Assembly (NCBI RefSeq): GCF_001194135.2
Contig: NC_068987.1
Span: forward strand, 105,915,963 to 105,949,262
Origin: Octopus bimaculoides
Lineage: Eukaryota
Length of the DNA: 33,300 nt
Direction of reading: 5' to 3'
Both the position numbers and the translations under genes were made by a program. Below the pieces are notes generated by a model. The model had not been told where the DNA came from, did not search any database, and saw only the letters and a program-made list of their open reading frames with translations. This document shows positions 10,861-22,308 of this stretch, one piece after another (positions within the stretch are counted from its first letter, which is position 1; each line of letters starts with the position of its first letter).

Positions 10861-12150
10861 GAAGTGCCGTGAAAAATTACCTTTCGCTTTGATTATGTAA
10901 AAGTTTTGAAACACCAATTCACCATGTCCGCTATTTTCTAATGGAACAGTAATTGATGATACCCACTGTTTAACTGTTAAGAGAATGAGTGTTATTTCAT
11001 CGAGATTTCACAGTTATTTCTAGCAAAACGTGCAGCCCTCACAGATTCCACAGTTGTCCGCTCTGGTTGAAGAAGTGTACTTGTTTTTAAGGCTGTCGCA
11101 TATGAGATGAGATCCACTTGCCTTACCCAACGCGACTTTAGTAAGATGAAATGCTTTAACGTTTCATATACACCCGTGAGCGCCTCCTTTTTTTTAAATA
11201 GTCTATTTTGATAATATTTCATTTGTGTAATTCTTTTATTTATGTATTTATTCATTCATTTATCATTACGGAGCATATTAATCCCTATCTCTTACCATTT
11301 CGCTAAATATAAATATGACCTTTTCGGTGATTGTGCTAATTTTGTATATTTTCTTCCAACTTGATTTCTTTTTTATTTTATATTATTATTTATTTGTTTG
11401 TTTATTTTCTTCGTTTTGCAAAGCTTGACTGAATAGAGACTTATTCCAAATAGGGTCAGACCAAAATCAACACGATCCTGCCCTAACTACAGTGAATATC
11501 AGGTCTATTGATTTCTGGGTTTACTCCCGTGGAAAGAATTTCTCGGGGAGCCTGTTGAATTTGCTATTATTTTCCACGGTTCCATAGATATTTGTTTTGT
11601 CTATAATTTCGTGGGAGGAGTGTTTTGTTGATACATTGTTATCGCCTTTGGTTTAACCACATTTATTTTTTTATTCTATATTTCTATATTGTTTCAAAAT
11701 CTTTCTTTTTTCAGTCTGTTTTATCTTCATATGATCCAGTAGTTTTAATTTTGCTGCTTGTGATGCAGGGATTGAAGTATAAATTTGTTGTGGCTTGGGA
11801 TTTGCATATTTGTTATTGTAGGGGGTCTCTTCTTCATACTTTTATATTTTCGTTACTTTTTCTCTATGTTTGTTTGGCTTGGCTGTTTAGGCTTCTTCTT
11901 TCAGTGCACAGTTGATTCTTTTGTATTGTTTTTTTTATTGTTCTGCGCTCTCATTTACTCTAAATTTAGATGTTTGATGTAAAACATTTCCTTCCTGTTG
12001 AAAGTGTTCATCCGTTTTGTGTTTCGTGGTGCTGCATTAATTCATTGATGAGAGACTATTGTTGCTGTTGTAGTTGATGATATTATTATACTTGTAAATA
12101 GAAGGCAGCGGGTTAGCAGGATCCCTAAGTTCGTCGACTGAAATTTTAAA

Positions 12151-12363
12151 TAAGGCGGTAAGCTGGCAGAATCGTTAGCACGCCGTACACAATGCTTAGC
12201 GGCATACTGTCCGTCTTTACGTTCTGAGTTCAAATTCCGCCGAGGTCAACTTTGCCTTTCATCCTTTTCGGGGTCGATAAAATAAGTACCAGTTGAGCAC
12301 TAGGTTTGATGTAATCGATTTAACCCCTGCTGGCTTTGTGCCCATATTTGAAATCATTATTAT
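12151..12363 (+). mobile_element. SINE family C, near full length; central domain resembles the Deu/Nin SINE domain
   Basis: tRNA-like head with B box GAGTTCAAATTCC; GCCTTTCATCCTTT-CGGGGTCGATAAAATAAGTACCAG resembles the recalled Deu/Nin core; (ATT) tail. Confidence 0.9.
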
Positions 12364-13314
12364 AATTAGTTGCTGTAGGTGTTTAATCTCAGGTCTGTCC
12401 TGACTGAGCAGATCTATGATCGAAGGCGTTACATTCATGACCCTCCCATCTGTTTGAGACTCTCTAGCAACAGTAGGATGAGATGTTTTTTGCTTTCTCC
12501 AGTAGCTCAAGAGTTTATCCCAAGTCTCCTGTCGTTGATTGCATTTTTACGCATTGTCGGTTCCGTTTACTTATTTCTGGTGGATTAAAAAAAAATTCTA
12601 TAACTGTTTCTTACAAATGTTCATAGATTCATTCAGTTTATTTGCTGACTTAATATATTCGACTGTTTCACCAAATGCCATGGCTCTGCTATGCTTCAGG
12701 TGACTGTTGATTACATTGTATGGATAAATAATATACCTGTAACACATTTTGATATTTTTGATTCATTTTTTATTGATGTCAGCTTTTTCTTTTAGGGGAC
12801 TCAGCTTTTGGCGTTCATTGAACATTTCATATCTATATATAGGTGCATTAAAATTATTGATATTATACATTGATAAAAGACAGTGAAAACGTTTTCTCTT
12901 CTCGTAAAAATGTAGATTTGATTCAGTGGTATATAAAGCTTTAATTTTATTTAAAACTGCAAAGGGAAAATATTGTATTTATCATAAAGAATAAAACTTC
13001 GTCCTTTTAACTCCATTGTAAAATATTTAACAACTATGATATTTATTGTATACATTAAGAAATATTAATTTCGAACATACCCACCAGAAATCGCAGCTTT
13101 AATTTATTACCGATTTTTTTAATGGAGTTGTAGCTTTGATGTATGGGTAAACCTTTAAAAATACTTTGTACCAGAGAAAATATCTTTAGTTGCTTTCATA
13201 TTAGTGTAAAAAATAAGGTAATTTATATTACGGGTGTTGTGAATTTTTGTTAACTTGTCACTGTTTCTCCTCAATATTTATTGAAAAGCAGTGTACGTCA
13301 TTAAAGATCGGAAA

Positions 13315-13350
13315 GATGATGAGGATGATGATGATGATTATGATGATGAT
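13315..13350. repeat. Imperfect (GAT)n microsatellite
   Basis: Directly visible. Confidence 0.9.
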
Positions 13351-13429
13351 AATGCTTAACCCCAGGTCGACCTTGATTAAGAAGCACTTTGGTAATACGC
13401 TATATTGTCCATTTGTAAAGCATTCGGTA

Positions 13430-13817
13430 TGTTGTTGTTGGCACTCCATCGCTTACGACGTCGAGGGTTCCAGTCGATCCGATCAACGGAACAGCCTGCT
13501 CGTGAAATTAACGTGCAAGTGGCTGAGTACTTCACAGACACGTGTACCCTTAACGTAGTTCTCGGGGATATTCAGCGTGACACAGTCTGACAAGGCTGGC
13601 CCTTTGAATTTCAGGCACAACAGAAACAGGAAGTAAGAGTGAGAGAAAGTTGTGGCGAAAGAGTACAGCAGGGTTCGCCACCATCCCCTGCTGGAGCCTC
13701 GTGGAGCTTTAGGTGTTTTCGCTCAATAAACACTTACAACGCCCGGTTCTGGGAATCGAACCCGCGATCCTATGACCGCGAGTCTGCTGCCCTAACCACT
13801 GGGCCATTGCGCCGCCA
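13430..13817 (-). mobile_element. Full-length tRNA-derived SINE family D with (CAA)n tail
   Basis: Minus strand GGCGCAATGGCCCAGTGGTTAGGGCAGC...GGGTTCGATTCCC head; reverse complement of 14037-14423. Confidence 0.93.
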
Positions 13818-14036
13818 CCATAGGATATGTATGATTATATTAACTAACGCGTGCTCCATTTCTTTAACACAATAGTGTGTCAGTGGAAGAACATATGGTT
13901 GCTATTGCGAAACGATCAAAAGGCTACTTAGAGGTTAGCCACCTCAACTGCGGTAATGGTTGAGCATATCTATGATCAAAGTTATTTCAACCATCGCCAT
14001 CTCATTCTTTTCCGAGATCGTATATATCCAGCACTT

Positions 14037-14423
14037 GGAGGCGCAATGGCCCAGTGGTTAGGGCAGCGGACTCACGGTCATAGGATCGCGGTTTCGATTC
14101 CCAGACCGGGCGTTGTGAGTGTTTATTGAGTGAAAACACCTAAAGCTCCACCAGGCTCTGGCAGGGGATGGTGGCGAACCCTGCTGTACTCTTTTATCAT
14201 AACTTTCTCTCACTCTTACTTCCTGTTTCTGTTGTGCCTGTAATTCAAAGGGTCAGCCTTGTCATACTGTGTCTCGCTGAATATCCCCGAAAACTACGTT
14301 AAGCGTACATGTGTCTGTGGAGTGCTCAGCCACTTGCACGTTAATTTCACGAGCAGGCTGTTCCGTTGATCGGATCAACTGGAACCCTCGACGTCGTAAG
14401 CGACGGAGTGCCAACAACAACAA
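14037..14423 (+). mobile_element. Full-length tRNA-derived SINE family D with (CAA)n tail
   Basis: A box TGGCCCAGTGG, B-box-like GTTTCGATTCCC, 3' end GGAGTGCCAACAACAACAA; about 25 differences from the 13430 copy. Confidence 0.93.
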
Positions 14424-15679
14424 TATTGCTTAACTGAAGATTAGATCTGATCGAAATCTACCTTCAAAAATTTTTCATCTGCATTTAACACTCATCAACT
14501 GATGTATATGGTATCTAGGGCTTCGTTTATCATTGTTGCATTTTTTTTTTGTTAAGACGTGATTGCTTGATTTAAAGGAATTTTGGCTACTGTTGCTAGC
14601 AAATTAATCGACTTTACAAAGGACCCTTGCATAACCCTACGTAATATTACGCAATATCAATCTCTATCTGCCGGATTACCATTTAATGTAGACGATAGGG
14701 AATAATTAGACAGACAATTGCGGAGGAGATCACGTTAAAGCTGTCTCGTGGAACGATACGTTTTGTTTTATTTAAGAGAATTTAATTGCAATGTATGTGT
14801 CTAGAATGTCAATGTATGTGAAATACCAACATTATCACTATGTACACATGTAATATCGTTTCTAACGATGCAATGTTTTGTAGGTTCCATTTTCCGGCAT
14901 GCTTTTAAAAGTTGGCTCACTGGTGATGTTTTTTTTTTATTTATCTTTCTATTTACTTATTCATCTATTTTGTTTGTTTATAATTTGTTTCACCGAGTTG
15001 AAAGAAATCGTAAAGTACTGATTTGATTTGCGCTCTGTTGGAGTGCTTACAAGTTTTAGGCAGTCGTTGATTTATAAGCGACGTCCAGTCGGCGATTGGT
15101 GCTACTGTTAACAATACAAAATTTATGCTATTCAAAGACTAGTAAAATTTTAAGATAAATTAATGCATTACTTACACGGACACCCATCAACATTTTTGCC
15201 AACTGTTTTTCCTTTTTTAGGCTGGGGTGGTGTTTTTGTTCTCTATTCACCGACATCAATGAATATTTTTCACAGTTATTTGATAACGATCGATACAGTC
15301 ATTATTATTGATGTCTGAAACGGTAGAAGAACAGATCGGTTGTTTTGCATTATTAGTTTCGATTCTAAGCTTTCGCTGTTCAAATCATGCTGTCGTCAAC
15401 TTTGCATGTCAACCTACTATGATGAAAAAGCACTAAATTAATAAGGCCGATTCAATCTATAAATCTCAGTCGCCACCTCGCAAAAATAAGTAAGTAAATA
15501 AATAGAACGTTCATCTTTTGCATATATTGGAAATAATTATAGGAACAGAATTTGAAAGAAACTCAAATGATAGACAATTGGTGGAATCCACAGTTAATCT
15601 ATTACCGACTGAAACAGAGAGGTTTGGTGATTTGTTCCTTCGCAGAAACTATTCACGGATTCTTTTGACTGTAACATGC

Positions 15680-15885
15680 AGCAGATTCATAAAGTTGTTA
15701 GGGCATCAGAGAAAATGTCCTGCAATATTGCATCTAGATCTTTAGATTCAGAGTTCAAATTGTACCAACGTCAAATTTGCCTCTTATCTCTTCGTGTTCC
15801 TCGAGGTTGATAATATAAAGTATCAGTAAAGTACTGGTGGCCATATAATCCATGTAATCGACTCCCTATTACCTTAAATTTCAGA
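15680..15885 (+). mobile_element. Old, diverged SINE family C copy
   Basis: TTCAGAGTTCAAATT...GTCAAATTTGCCT...GAGGTTGATAA...AGTA-CAGT...ACTGG...ATGTAATCGACT. Confidence 0.65.
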
Positions 15886-16089
15886 TACTGTGCGTCAGCT
15901 AGAAACAGTTATAAGACAATGGATGTGTAGAATTCTTACGACACCTTACAGTATATGTCATCTTCTCTTTATTTCTGAATTCAAATACTACCACTTTCAA
16001 ATTTACGTTTTATCATTTTTTGGCGTCGATGAAATAAGGCATCCGTTAAGTAATCTGAAGTTACTTGTAGTTCTTTTCGTTATATGTAT

Positions 16090-17050
16090 TTAGTAATTTC
16101 TGGTAGTGGTGGGGCTTTGATCTTGTGCTGCAATTAATAATCCTTCAGTCTCTGCTTTGAGTCCTGAGCTGCTCAGCCATTGTTGGGATTTTGCTATGTC
16201 TATTTTTTTTCTGTTTATCTTAACCCAATATTTGCCATGAAGGGTCTTTTCTTGCCATCGTTTTATAATGATCCGTTGCTGTTCCAGTTTTAGTTTGGAT
16301 TTCATTTGTTTTACAGCTTTTGTTTGTTCTTCTTTTTCTTCATAGTTTCTAGGTATTATGACTTCATTTTTGTATTTGTCATTTTCCTTAAAGACTGAAA
16401 ACAGTTTTTTGTTTTGTTCGCGTTTTGTGGCTATTTTTTATTTTTTCCTTGCTTCTGAACTAGGTAATTTTGTAGTCTCGTGTTGGTTATTTTGTAATAG
16501 TTTTCTAGCTGTGTAATGCCTCTATTACCTTCCATACCTTCTATATATAACCTTTCTATGTCAGATTTTGGGTGGTGCATCCTAAATTCTGTCATTATTT
16601 TTCTTGTCTTTCTGTCTGTTTTGACCAGTTCATTTAGGGTCCAGTTAAGGAGATTGTGGCTGTGACTTATAATTGGGACGGCTAGAGCGTTGATACCTAT
16701 TATCTTGTTTTTGGCATTGAGCTAAATTTTCAGTATTAATCTAACACGTCTGTAGTATAATTTTTTTATCTTCTCTTTCATTGGTGTCTGGTGTATCGTA
16801 TCTAGTTCATTGATTCCTAAGCATTTGCATGTGTGGCTTTGGTCTAATTCTCTTATTTCACTTGCTTTATCTCGTGTGATGTTGCTACTCTCAACTAGTT
16901 TTTCTCTTTTCAATGTTGCTTTAGTACATTTTTCTAAGTCAAATTTCATGCTTATTTCTTTGGTAAATCAATGTACTGTCTGTAGTAATGTTTTCAGCTG
17001 TTTATCATTTATAGCGTACAGTCTTAGATCATTCATATAAGAAGTGGCAA
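16090..17050 (-). mobile_element. R4/Dong-type retrotransposon internal fragment (RT YMDD region through ETEG-AAQDQ)
   Basis: LYMNDLRLYA, MKFDLEKCTKAT, KCLGINE, YYRRVRLILK, GINALAVP, RMHHPKSDIERLY, WQEKTLHGKY, WLSSSGLKAETEGLLIAAQDQ; few stops. Confidence 0.92.
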
Positions 17051-17119
17051 ATTGTTTTGCCGTAACAGTAGTATCCACATCCAGTTCTGTTTAGCATGTC
17101 AGTCACACACATATACATA

Positions 17120-17235
17120 TATATTTGTATGTGCGTGTCTTTATGTCTTGACAACCGATGTTGGTGCGTTTATGTCCCCGAAACCTACCGGTTTAGCAAA
17201 AGAGAACAATAGAATAAGCCCTAAGGTTACAAATG
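17120..17235 (+). mobile_element. SINE family A 3' fragment
   Basis: CTTGACAACCGATGTTGGTG-GTTTATGTCCCCG...ATAGAATAAG matches 5410-5490. Confidence 0.8.
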
Positions 17236-17821
17236 ACTGCAATAAGTAAAAGACTAAACGAGTGTATCAATTTGATGACGCCGTCTTAAAAATTCAGTGT
17301 ATACATTTTCTGATATTCATTTCCAGGTGCATTCGTGCATTGAATTTCAAATTAATTATAATGAAGCTGAAATTTATGATTGGGATTTCTAGTGCATTTT
17401 ATACCCATGATATTACCTTCTAACATTTATTCTATTATTTTCCAATTTTCTGTTAGAATTTCATTTCTGCGTTGCATTGTATCAATTTTAGCTTCTCCAA
17501 AACACTTGTATGCATGATTCTGTTCCAGTTGTGTAATATCATAATCGAAATATCAACTGAATGTTTTTAAATCTTAATTAGTCACCTCTTAGATTAGATT
17601 TGACACACCTTTGTCTCATCTCTTATTCATTTTCATATTGCTGACGAACTGATGTAAAATCTATTGGTGTTGTTTTTTGTTGTTGTTGCTACTGCTGTTT
17701 CGACGCAAGCGAACTGTGCTTGATCATACAAATGATCAAAGGATATATAGTTCTGACCACTCCCCAGGTTTACAATTATGATAATTCTGAAACAATTATA
17801 TCCTCGCATATGTCTTTAACT

Positions 17822-18028
17822 GAAGGCGCATAGCTTAGTGGTGTGGGTGTTGGTAAGATTGCGGTTTCGATTCCTGGACCGGGCGATGTGTTGTGTTCTT
17901 GAGCAAAACACTTCATTTCACGTTGTTCCCGTCTATTCAGCAGGTATAAATGAGTAATCCTGCGATGGACGGGCATCCCATCCAAGAAGGAAAATATAAG
18001 CTGCTGAAACCGGGAAACCGACCCTATG
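17822..18028 (+). mobile_element. SINE family B
   Basis: GCTTAGTGG...GGTTTCGATTCCTGGACCG...GAGCAAAACACTTCATTTCACG...CTGCGATGGAC; matches 5897. Confidence 0.88.
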
Positions 18029-18189
18029 TTCCTTACGGAGCAACGTGGACTAACAATATGTTAGTCCACTAACACTATGTTTGTCTACATAAGACGGTAG
18101 ATTGCTATTTTAGTGAGACTTAGCTATTATTTCCTGCATAACAGGTGACTGCATAGATGCATACTTCATAAATTCTCAGGCGGAGTGTC

Positions 18190-18580
18190 TGTATCATGCA
18201 TATAATCTGAAATTATCTATTTATCGGAATTTGCAATTTTTATTGGTTTCATATAACATTTGTTAGTCACTCACTGTAGCAGGATAACGTGATTCCCTGA
18301 AAAGTTCCACTTCTTTTGGGGATTAAGTAAGTTTATTCTTCCCTCTCTAGCATACAGTTTTATTGATGTTTTCCATTTTGATATACTGCCTTAATAAATA
18401 CTTTTCGGCAATCAGTCTATGCCATGCTAACCATATCGTTTCTCTTTTTACAAACTATAATAAATACACTGTTTACCAATAACTGTTCATTACGTTCATA
18501 CATTACTTCTTATATCTCTCTGTTCCTAAAGAAAGATGTTATTTTCCAGATGAACAGCTAGCCTGTTTGGAGATTATAGA
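18190..18580 (-). mobile_element. Heavily decayed R4/Dong-type RT fragment
   Basis: 18470-18570 aligns to 9765-9860. Minus strand: HLENNIFL*EQ, EQLLVNSV..CKKR..VSMA*TDCRKVF, SGTFQGITLS, DYMHD. Confidence 0.75.
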
Positions 18581-19449
18581 TGTCAGGGCTTTTATATATT
18601 GATGATAAACATGTTATTGGCTAATAAATTGATGTTCTAGTTTAGGAGATTTTATATTTTATTCTAATTTCTGTGAGATCAACATTTATCTTTCATCTTT
18701 TCAGTGGTGGGGGGCCAATAAAAATCATATCAGTTAAGTATTTCAATCGAAATGCCTCACTGTTCCCTTCCCTGGAATGCCTGGTCTTTTTACTTTTATG
18801 CCATCATCACCATCGTCATCGTGGTTATTATTATTGTTGTTCTTCTTGTTATATTTGAGCCTCGTAGATTTTTTTCTGTTTTGTTTTTCGAAACACGTTT
18901 TATTAAAGCAATACCAAAAGGAAATTTTCTTCGCAATAATTCTACAATGAACAATAATGGCCTGAAGAAAATCTGTTCTCGATACCCAGGAACAGACAGC
19001 AGAAAAGAAAATTTTCTTCACAAACTTTTAAGATGTTATTCATACTCTTTACATTTTCACGTCCAAAATGATTACTGCGCATAATTTTCTCACACAGAAA
19101 AAAACATAAAAACCATTAGAAAACACAAAAATGTCAGACAGACGTAAATGTACTGGAGGAAGAGATAAATGAAAACTTTAGTGAATAATTAATAACCGAA
19201 AAAGCGCAGAAATGTCCCGAGTACTCAAAGAATTTCTTTTAAACAGAGCAACAGTAATAAAACTACAATAGCAGTAGAGACTATCACACAGTTCTAAATG
19301 CTGTGGTCCGTTCATATATCACTGGTGTGAAGTCAAACCTTCCTTCAATACAAAATACACAGAGGGTATTTTTAGGTTTATGACAGTTATAATAAAAGTG
19401 TGGATGGAAAGATTTTGTCTAACTGAAGAGCATTTTTCTTGTTACAGGT

Positions 19450-19990
19450 GCTAATCCAGAAGATAGCAAAGATAAAAATTACATACCTCTTCTTACGAAA
19501 GGTAGGAGATGGATTAAATTTTGCCTCTAGTCTAGTAGTTCAACAAGCTCTCCAGAACTTAAGGTGAGAAATTATCTGAAGTGAGAATGTCAAAAGCTAT
19601 AGTGCGATATGCTATACCTTTAAACATGATTTGATGAGCCAAAACACGGGCTGAAAGTGTCAGAAATCCTTCTGGTAAACCAGTTGTACTCCAATACATG
19701 AGTAAAATATATACATGAGTCACAAGAGGAAGCATCAGACACGACATGTGCCTATGGCTGGTGGAGACTTGTGTCGAAATAGGGAAGTTAGATCAAAGCA
19801 GGTTTAACAAAAAGTGTTCGGTGGTCAAGAGTCTTCAAATAAACTTATGAGTCCTAATGAGTCACAGAGCTATACCGGAACTGTGCCCAGTCCATGGCTT
19901 CGAGAGAAAGGATATAAGTTTAATTATAAAGGACAGAAAGCCTAGCTGTTACGTTTGTAAGAGCAAAACACACATTAGAGCTTAATACTG
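19450..19990 (+). mobile_element. Possible decayed LINE ORF1 (gag-like) remnant with CCHC zinc knuckle
   Basis: IKDRKPSCYVCKSKTHIRA*Y at about 19923-19988 fits C-x2-C-x4-H-x4-(C to Y), preceded by an RKP motif as in L1/Tx1 ORF1. The upstream extent is uncertain. Confidence 0.45.
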
Positions 19991-20102
19991 GAAAGAAGTA
20001 GGAAAATTAAGTTTGTTTCTCCTTTTTCGAGATCAGCGACAGTTTGTCACTGGAAAAAACACAGAGTATTTCGCGTTTGGAATGAGTTCTCATCGCTAGC
20101 TG

Positions 20103-20161
20103 GTGATTGTCACACGCTGATGACGGGTTACTACCCAGAAACCCGGGTCTGTGTGTATCAC
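20103..20161 (+). ncRNA. Minimal type I hammerhead ribozyme (predicted), GUC cleavage triplet
   Basis: GUGAU ugu CACACG [CUGAUGA] C GGGU uacu ACCC A [GAA] ACCCGGGU C UGUGUG u AUCAC. The core is intact; stem I is 6+5 bp with an internal loop; stem II is 4 bp; helix III is a self-complementary 8-mer. The one defect is a C.A mismatch at position 10.1/11.1. Confidence 0.8.
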
Positions 20162-20316
20162 GTAAGGCTAGAGATAGGAAAGATGATTTCCCTTCACAAA
20201 TACTAATCGGACACAGACAATGTGTCGTTAACCAGCTGGAGGAGATGTCTTCCTGGGGCTATAAATAACAGTAGCATTGTCCCCTATGGGTCCGCCACAT
20301 TTAGGTGGCAAATATA

Positions 20317-20363
<47 letters not shown>

Positions 20364-20500
20364 CATATATCCACACACATATACATGTATATATTATATA
20401 TGTATATACATATGCACATACATGTATGTTTATGCGCGTTTATGGGTGTGTGCGTGTATATATATTCTATGAATATATGTGTGTGCATGTGTGTGTGTTG
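20317..20500. repeat. (CTAT)11 plus mixed TA/TG microsatellite
   Basis: Directly visible. Confidence 0.92.
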
Positions 20501-21601
20501 AGTTAGTGCTTAAAGACCATAAATTAACCTTTACGCTATATAAATAAAACAAATAAAACCATTCTAAAATTATGATAAATATTTAGTCGGAGATATTTCA
20601 ATTAAAATTTGAAACCTTTTAGCTAATGGAAGAATTTTTAATGATAATGCATTTTATTAAAAGGAAACCAAGTGGTTATGTTGGGAAAATATATCCTCGA
20701 AACCAAACTCAAAACGATACTTAACCAAATTAATATTTCTAAGAATGCTAATATAATTTGTAATCTTAATATTATGAATTCTAATGATATAAAGATATTA
20801 ACTACCATGACAATTTAGAATAGGCAATTGATATTTAATTCCCCAATTAAAATGTCTAATGATGTATTTTCTAATAATCTCAATAAAATTACACAGAAAA
20901 TTGTAAATTCACCGAATGGTAAATTGCCTATTAGTAAAATAACTCTTTTGTCCATTAATACCACGAATGTAACTACTCCTTTATTTGAAAGCAATCTAGT
21001 TTTGTTGGAAGATTAAACCAAAGTACTACTAGGCAGAAGTTCAGTAAAAAAGAAGATATAGTCCATTACCTGCTCAAAACGTGAAGACAAGCGTTTCTGC
21101 AGATGTGCTGTCACTTTAAAAATGCAAACGTGACAATTTTAGTTGGTTTAGTCGGGAAAGTGGAATGAATAATGGAAAAGACTTAACAGCATAGAACCAG
21201 CGTCGATTTCAGGTGTGCTGCCATATTTTAGCACCATTAATAATATTATTACTGATAATAATGATATTTCTAATAAAAAATAATAACAATATTAAAATAA
21301 TTATAAAGATGAAAACGAAAGAGAAAAAGTGTCATTTGTAATAATAATTTTGCTGACTCCAAACAAATAACAAATAAGTCTCAGTGAATTAATAGAGGAA
21401 AAGAAAATTACATTTTAAAAGATAACATCAACGTAAAAATATATATTATATAAACGAATTGTTAAAACACGAAATTCTTTTAAAGTTTGTAGTGAATCTA
21501 CTGCAAATTTAACAAAACACAAGAAACAACAAACAAATATCCATAAAACTTTTTATTCGAATTGCCACTCATTTCTTAAATATAAAGCATAAGTAATGAA
21601 C

Positions 21602-21915
21602 AGGTGCAGGCATGGCCGTATCTGCCTGGTTAAGAAGCTCTTTTTGTAATCATGTCGTCACTGAGTAAATGTCTTCTGCTATAGCCTTAGGCCGACCAGC
21701 TCATTTGTGAACAGAAACCCTGCAGGGGCCGTCTTATGTTCATATAGGAGTGTTTGTGTTTATTGCCCCTAACTGAGCTGTTCATCAAAAGAGGCCGACA
21801 GAATAAGGACCACACTTCAAAATAAGTACTGGAGTCGATTTGTTTGACGAAACCGTTCAAGGTGGTGCCTCAGATAACCATATTCCATTGATGAAAAAAA
21901 GTAAAAGATAAAAGG
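21602..21915 (+). mobile_element. Diverged SINE family A copy
   Basis: GGTGCAGGCATGGC...GGTTAAGAAGCT...GTCTTCTGCTATAGCCTTAGGCCGACC...AATAAGTACTGGAGTCGATTTGTTTGAC...GGTGGTGC; A-rich end. Confidence 0.75.
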
Positions 21916-22009
21916 TTATGAATGAGGAAATATTTTATAATTTCGTTTACTTACATTATTTACATCATTTACGTTTGACAGATATTTGTCTTCATCTTGT
22001 TTGCTATTA

Positions 22010-22055
22010 GTACAACGTTTCAGCTGATATACTCTCCAGCCTTCATCAGGAGTCT
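22010..22055 (-). ncRNA. Hammerhead-like motif (left arm; stem I degenerate)
   Basis: GACUC [CUGAUGA] A GGCUG-10nt-CAGCU [GAA] ACGU U GUACU; intact core and stem II; palindromic ACGU helix III. Confidence 0.6.
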
Positions 22056-22151
22056 TGAGAAATTTCGAACCTGGGTTCTCATTCTTAAGGTAATTTTCGA
22101 TGTTGTTGTTGTTGTTGTTGTTGTTATTATTATTATTATTATTATTATTTA

Positions 22152-22222
22152 GGTCATTGCCAGGAATCGAACTCGAAATCTTGGGGTTAGTAGCCCACGC
22201 TCTTAACCCCTACGTCATATGC
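22152..22222 (-). promoter_or_regulatory. tRNA-like head / putative internal Pol III promoter
   Basis: GCATATGACGTAGGGGTTAAGAGCGTGGGCTACTAACCCCAAGATTTCGAGTTCGATTCCTGGC: A-box-like TGACGTAGGGG, 7-nt loop CTACTAA, B box GAGTTCGATTCC. Confidence 0.7.
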
Positions 22223-22262
22223 TCGTGGGCTTATGATAACCTAGGTTCGAAATTTTCCCCAA

Positions 22263-22308
22263 GACACCTGATGAAGGCTGGAGAGTAAATCAACCGAAAC
22301 GTTGAATT
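22263..22308 (+). ncRNA. Hammerhead-like motif (right arm; stem I and one stem II pair degenerate)
   Basis: GACAC [CUGAUGA] A GGCUG-10nt-CAACC [GAA] ACGU U GAAUU. Confidence 0.6.

Noticed and set aside
14433-14462. CTGAAGA...GAAA hammerhead-like spacing
   Set aside because: No stem II pairing, no helix III palindrome and no stem I; chance match. CTGATGA/CTGACGA words near 1665, 1865, 3001, 3090 and 23747 were rejected for the same reasons.
19458-19511. 54-nt exon-like segment (TTACAG|...AAAG|GTAGGA; GANPEDSKDKNYIPLLTK)
   Set aside because: It lies in a region better explained as a decayed LINE ORF1, with another frame open across it; not excluded, but unsupported.
20640-21040. Possible gag-knuckle / retropepsin remnant (LIFNSPI...VLLGR)
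   Set aside because: The catalytic DTG/DSG motif is absent and the region is extremely AT-rich; similarity is too weak.
22152-22222. Genuine tRNA gene
   Set aside because: The acceptor stem does not pair and the anticodon stem is imperfect. It is embedded in a repeat with a microsatellite tail, so it was treated as a tRNA-derived head. The same applies to the SINE heads at 5180, 5897, 13817 and 14037.
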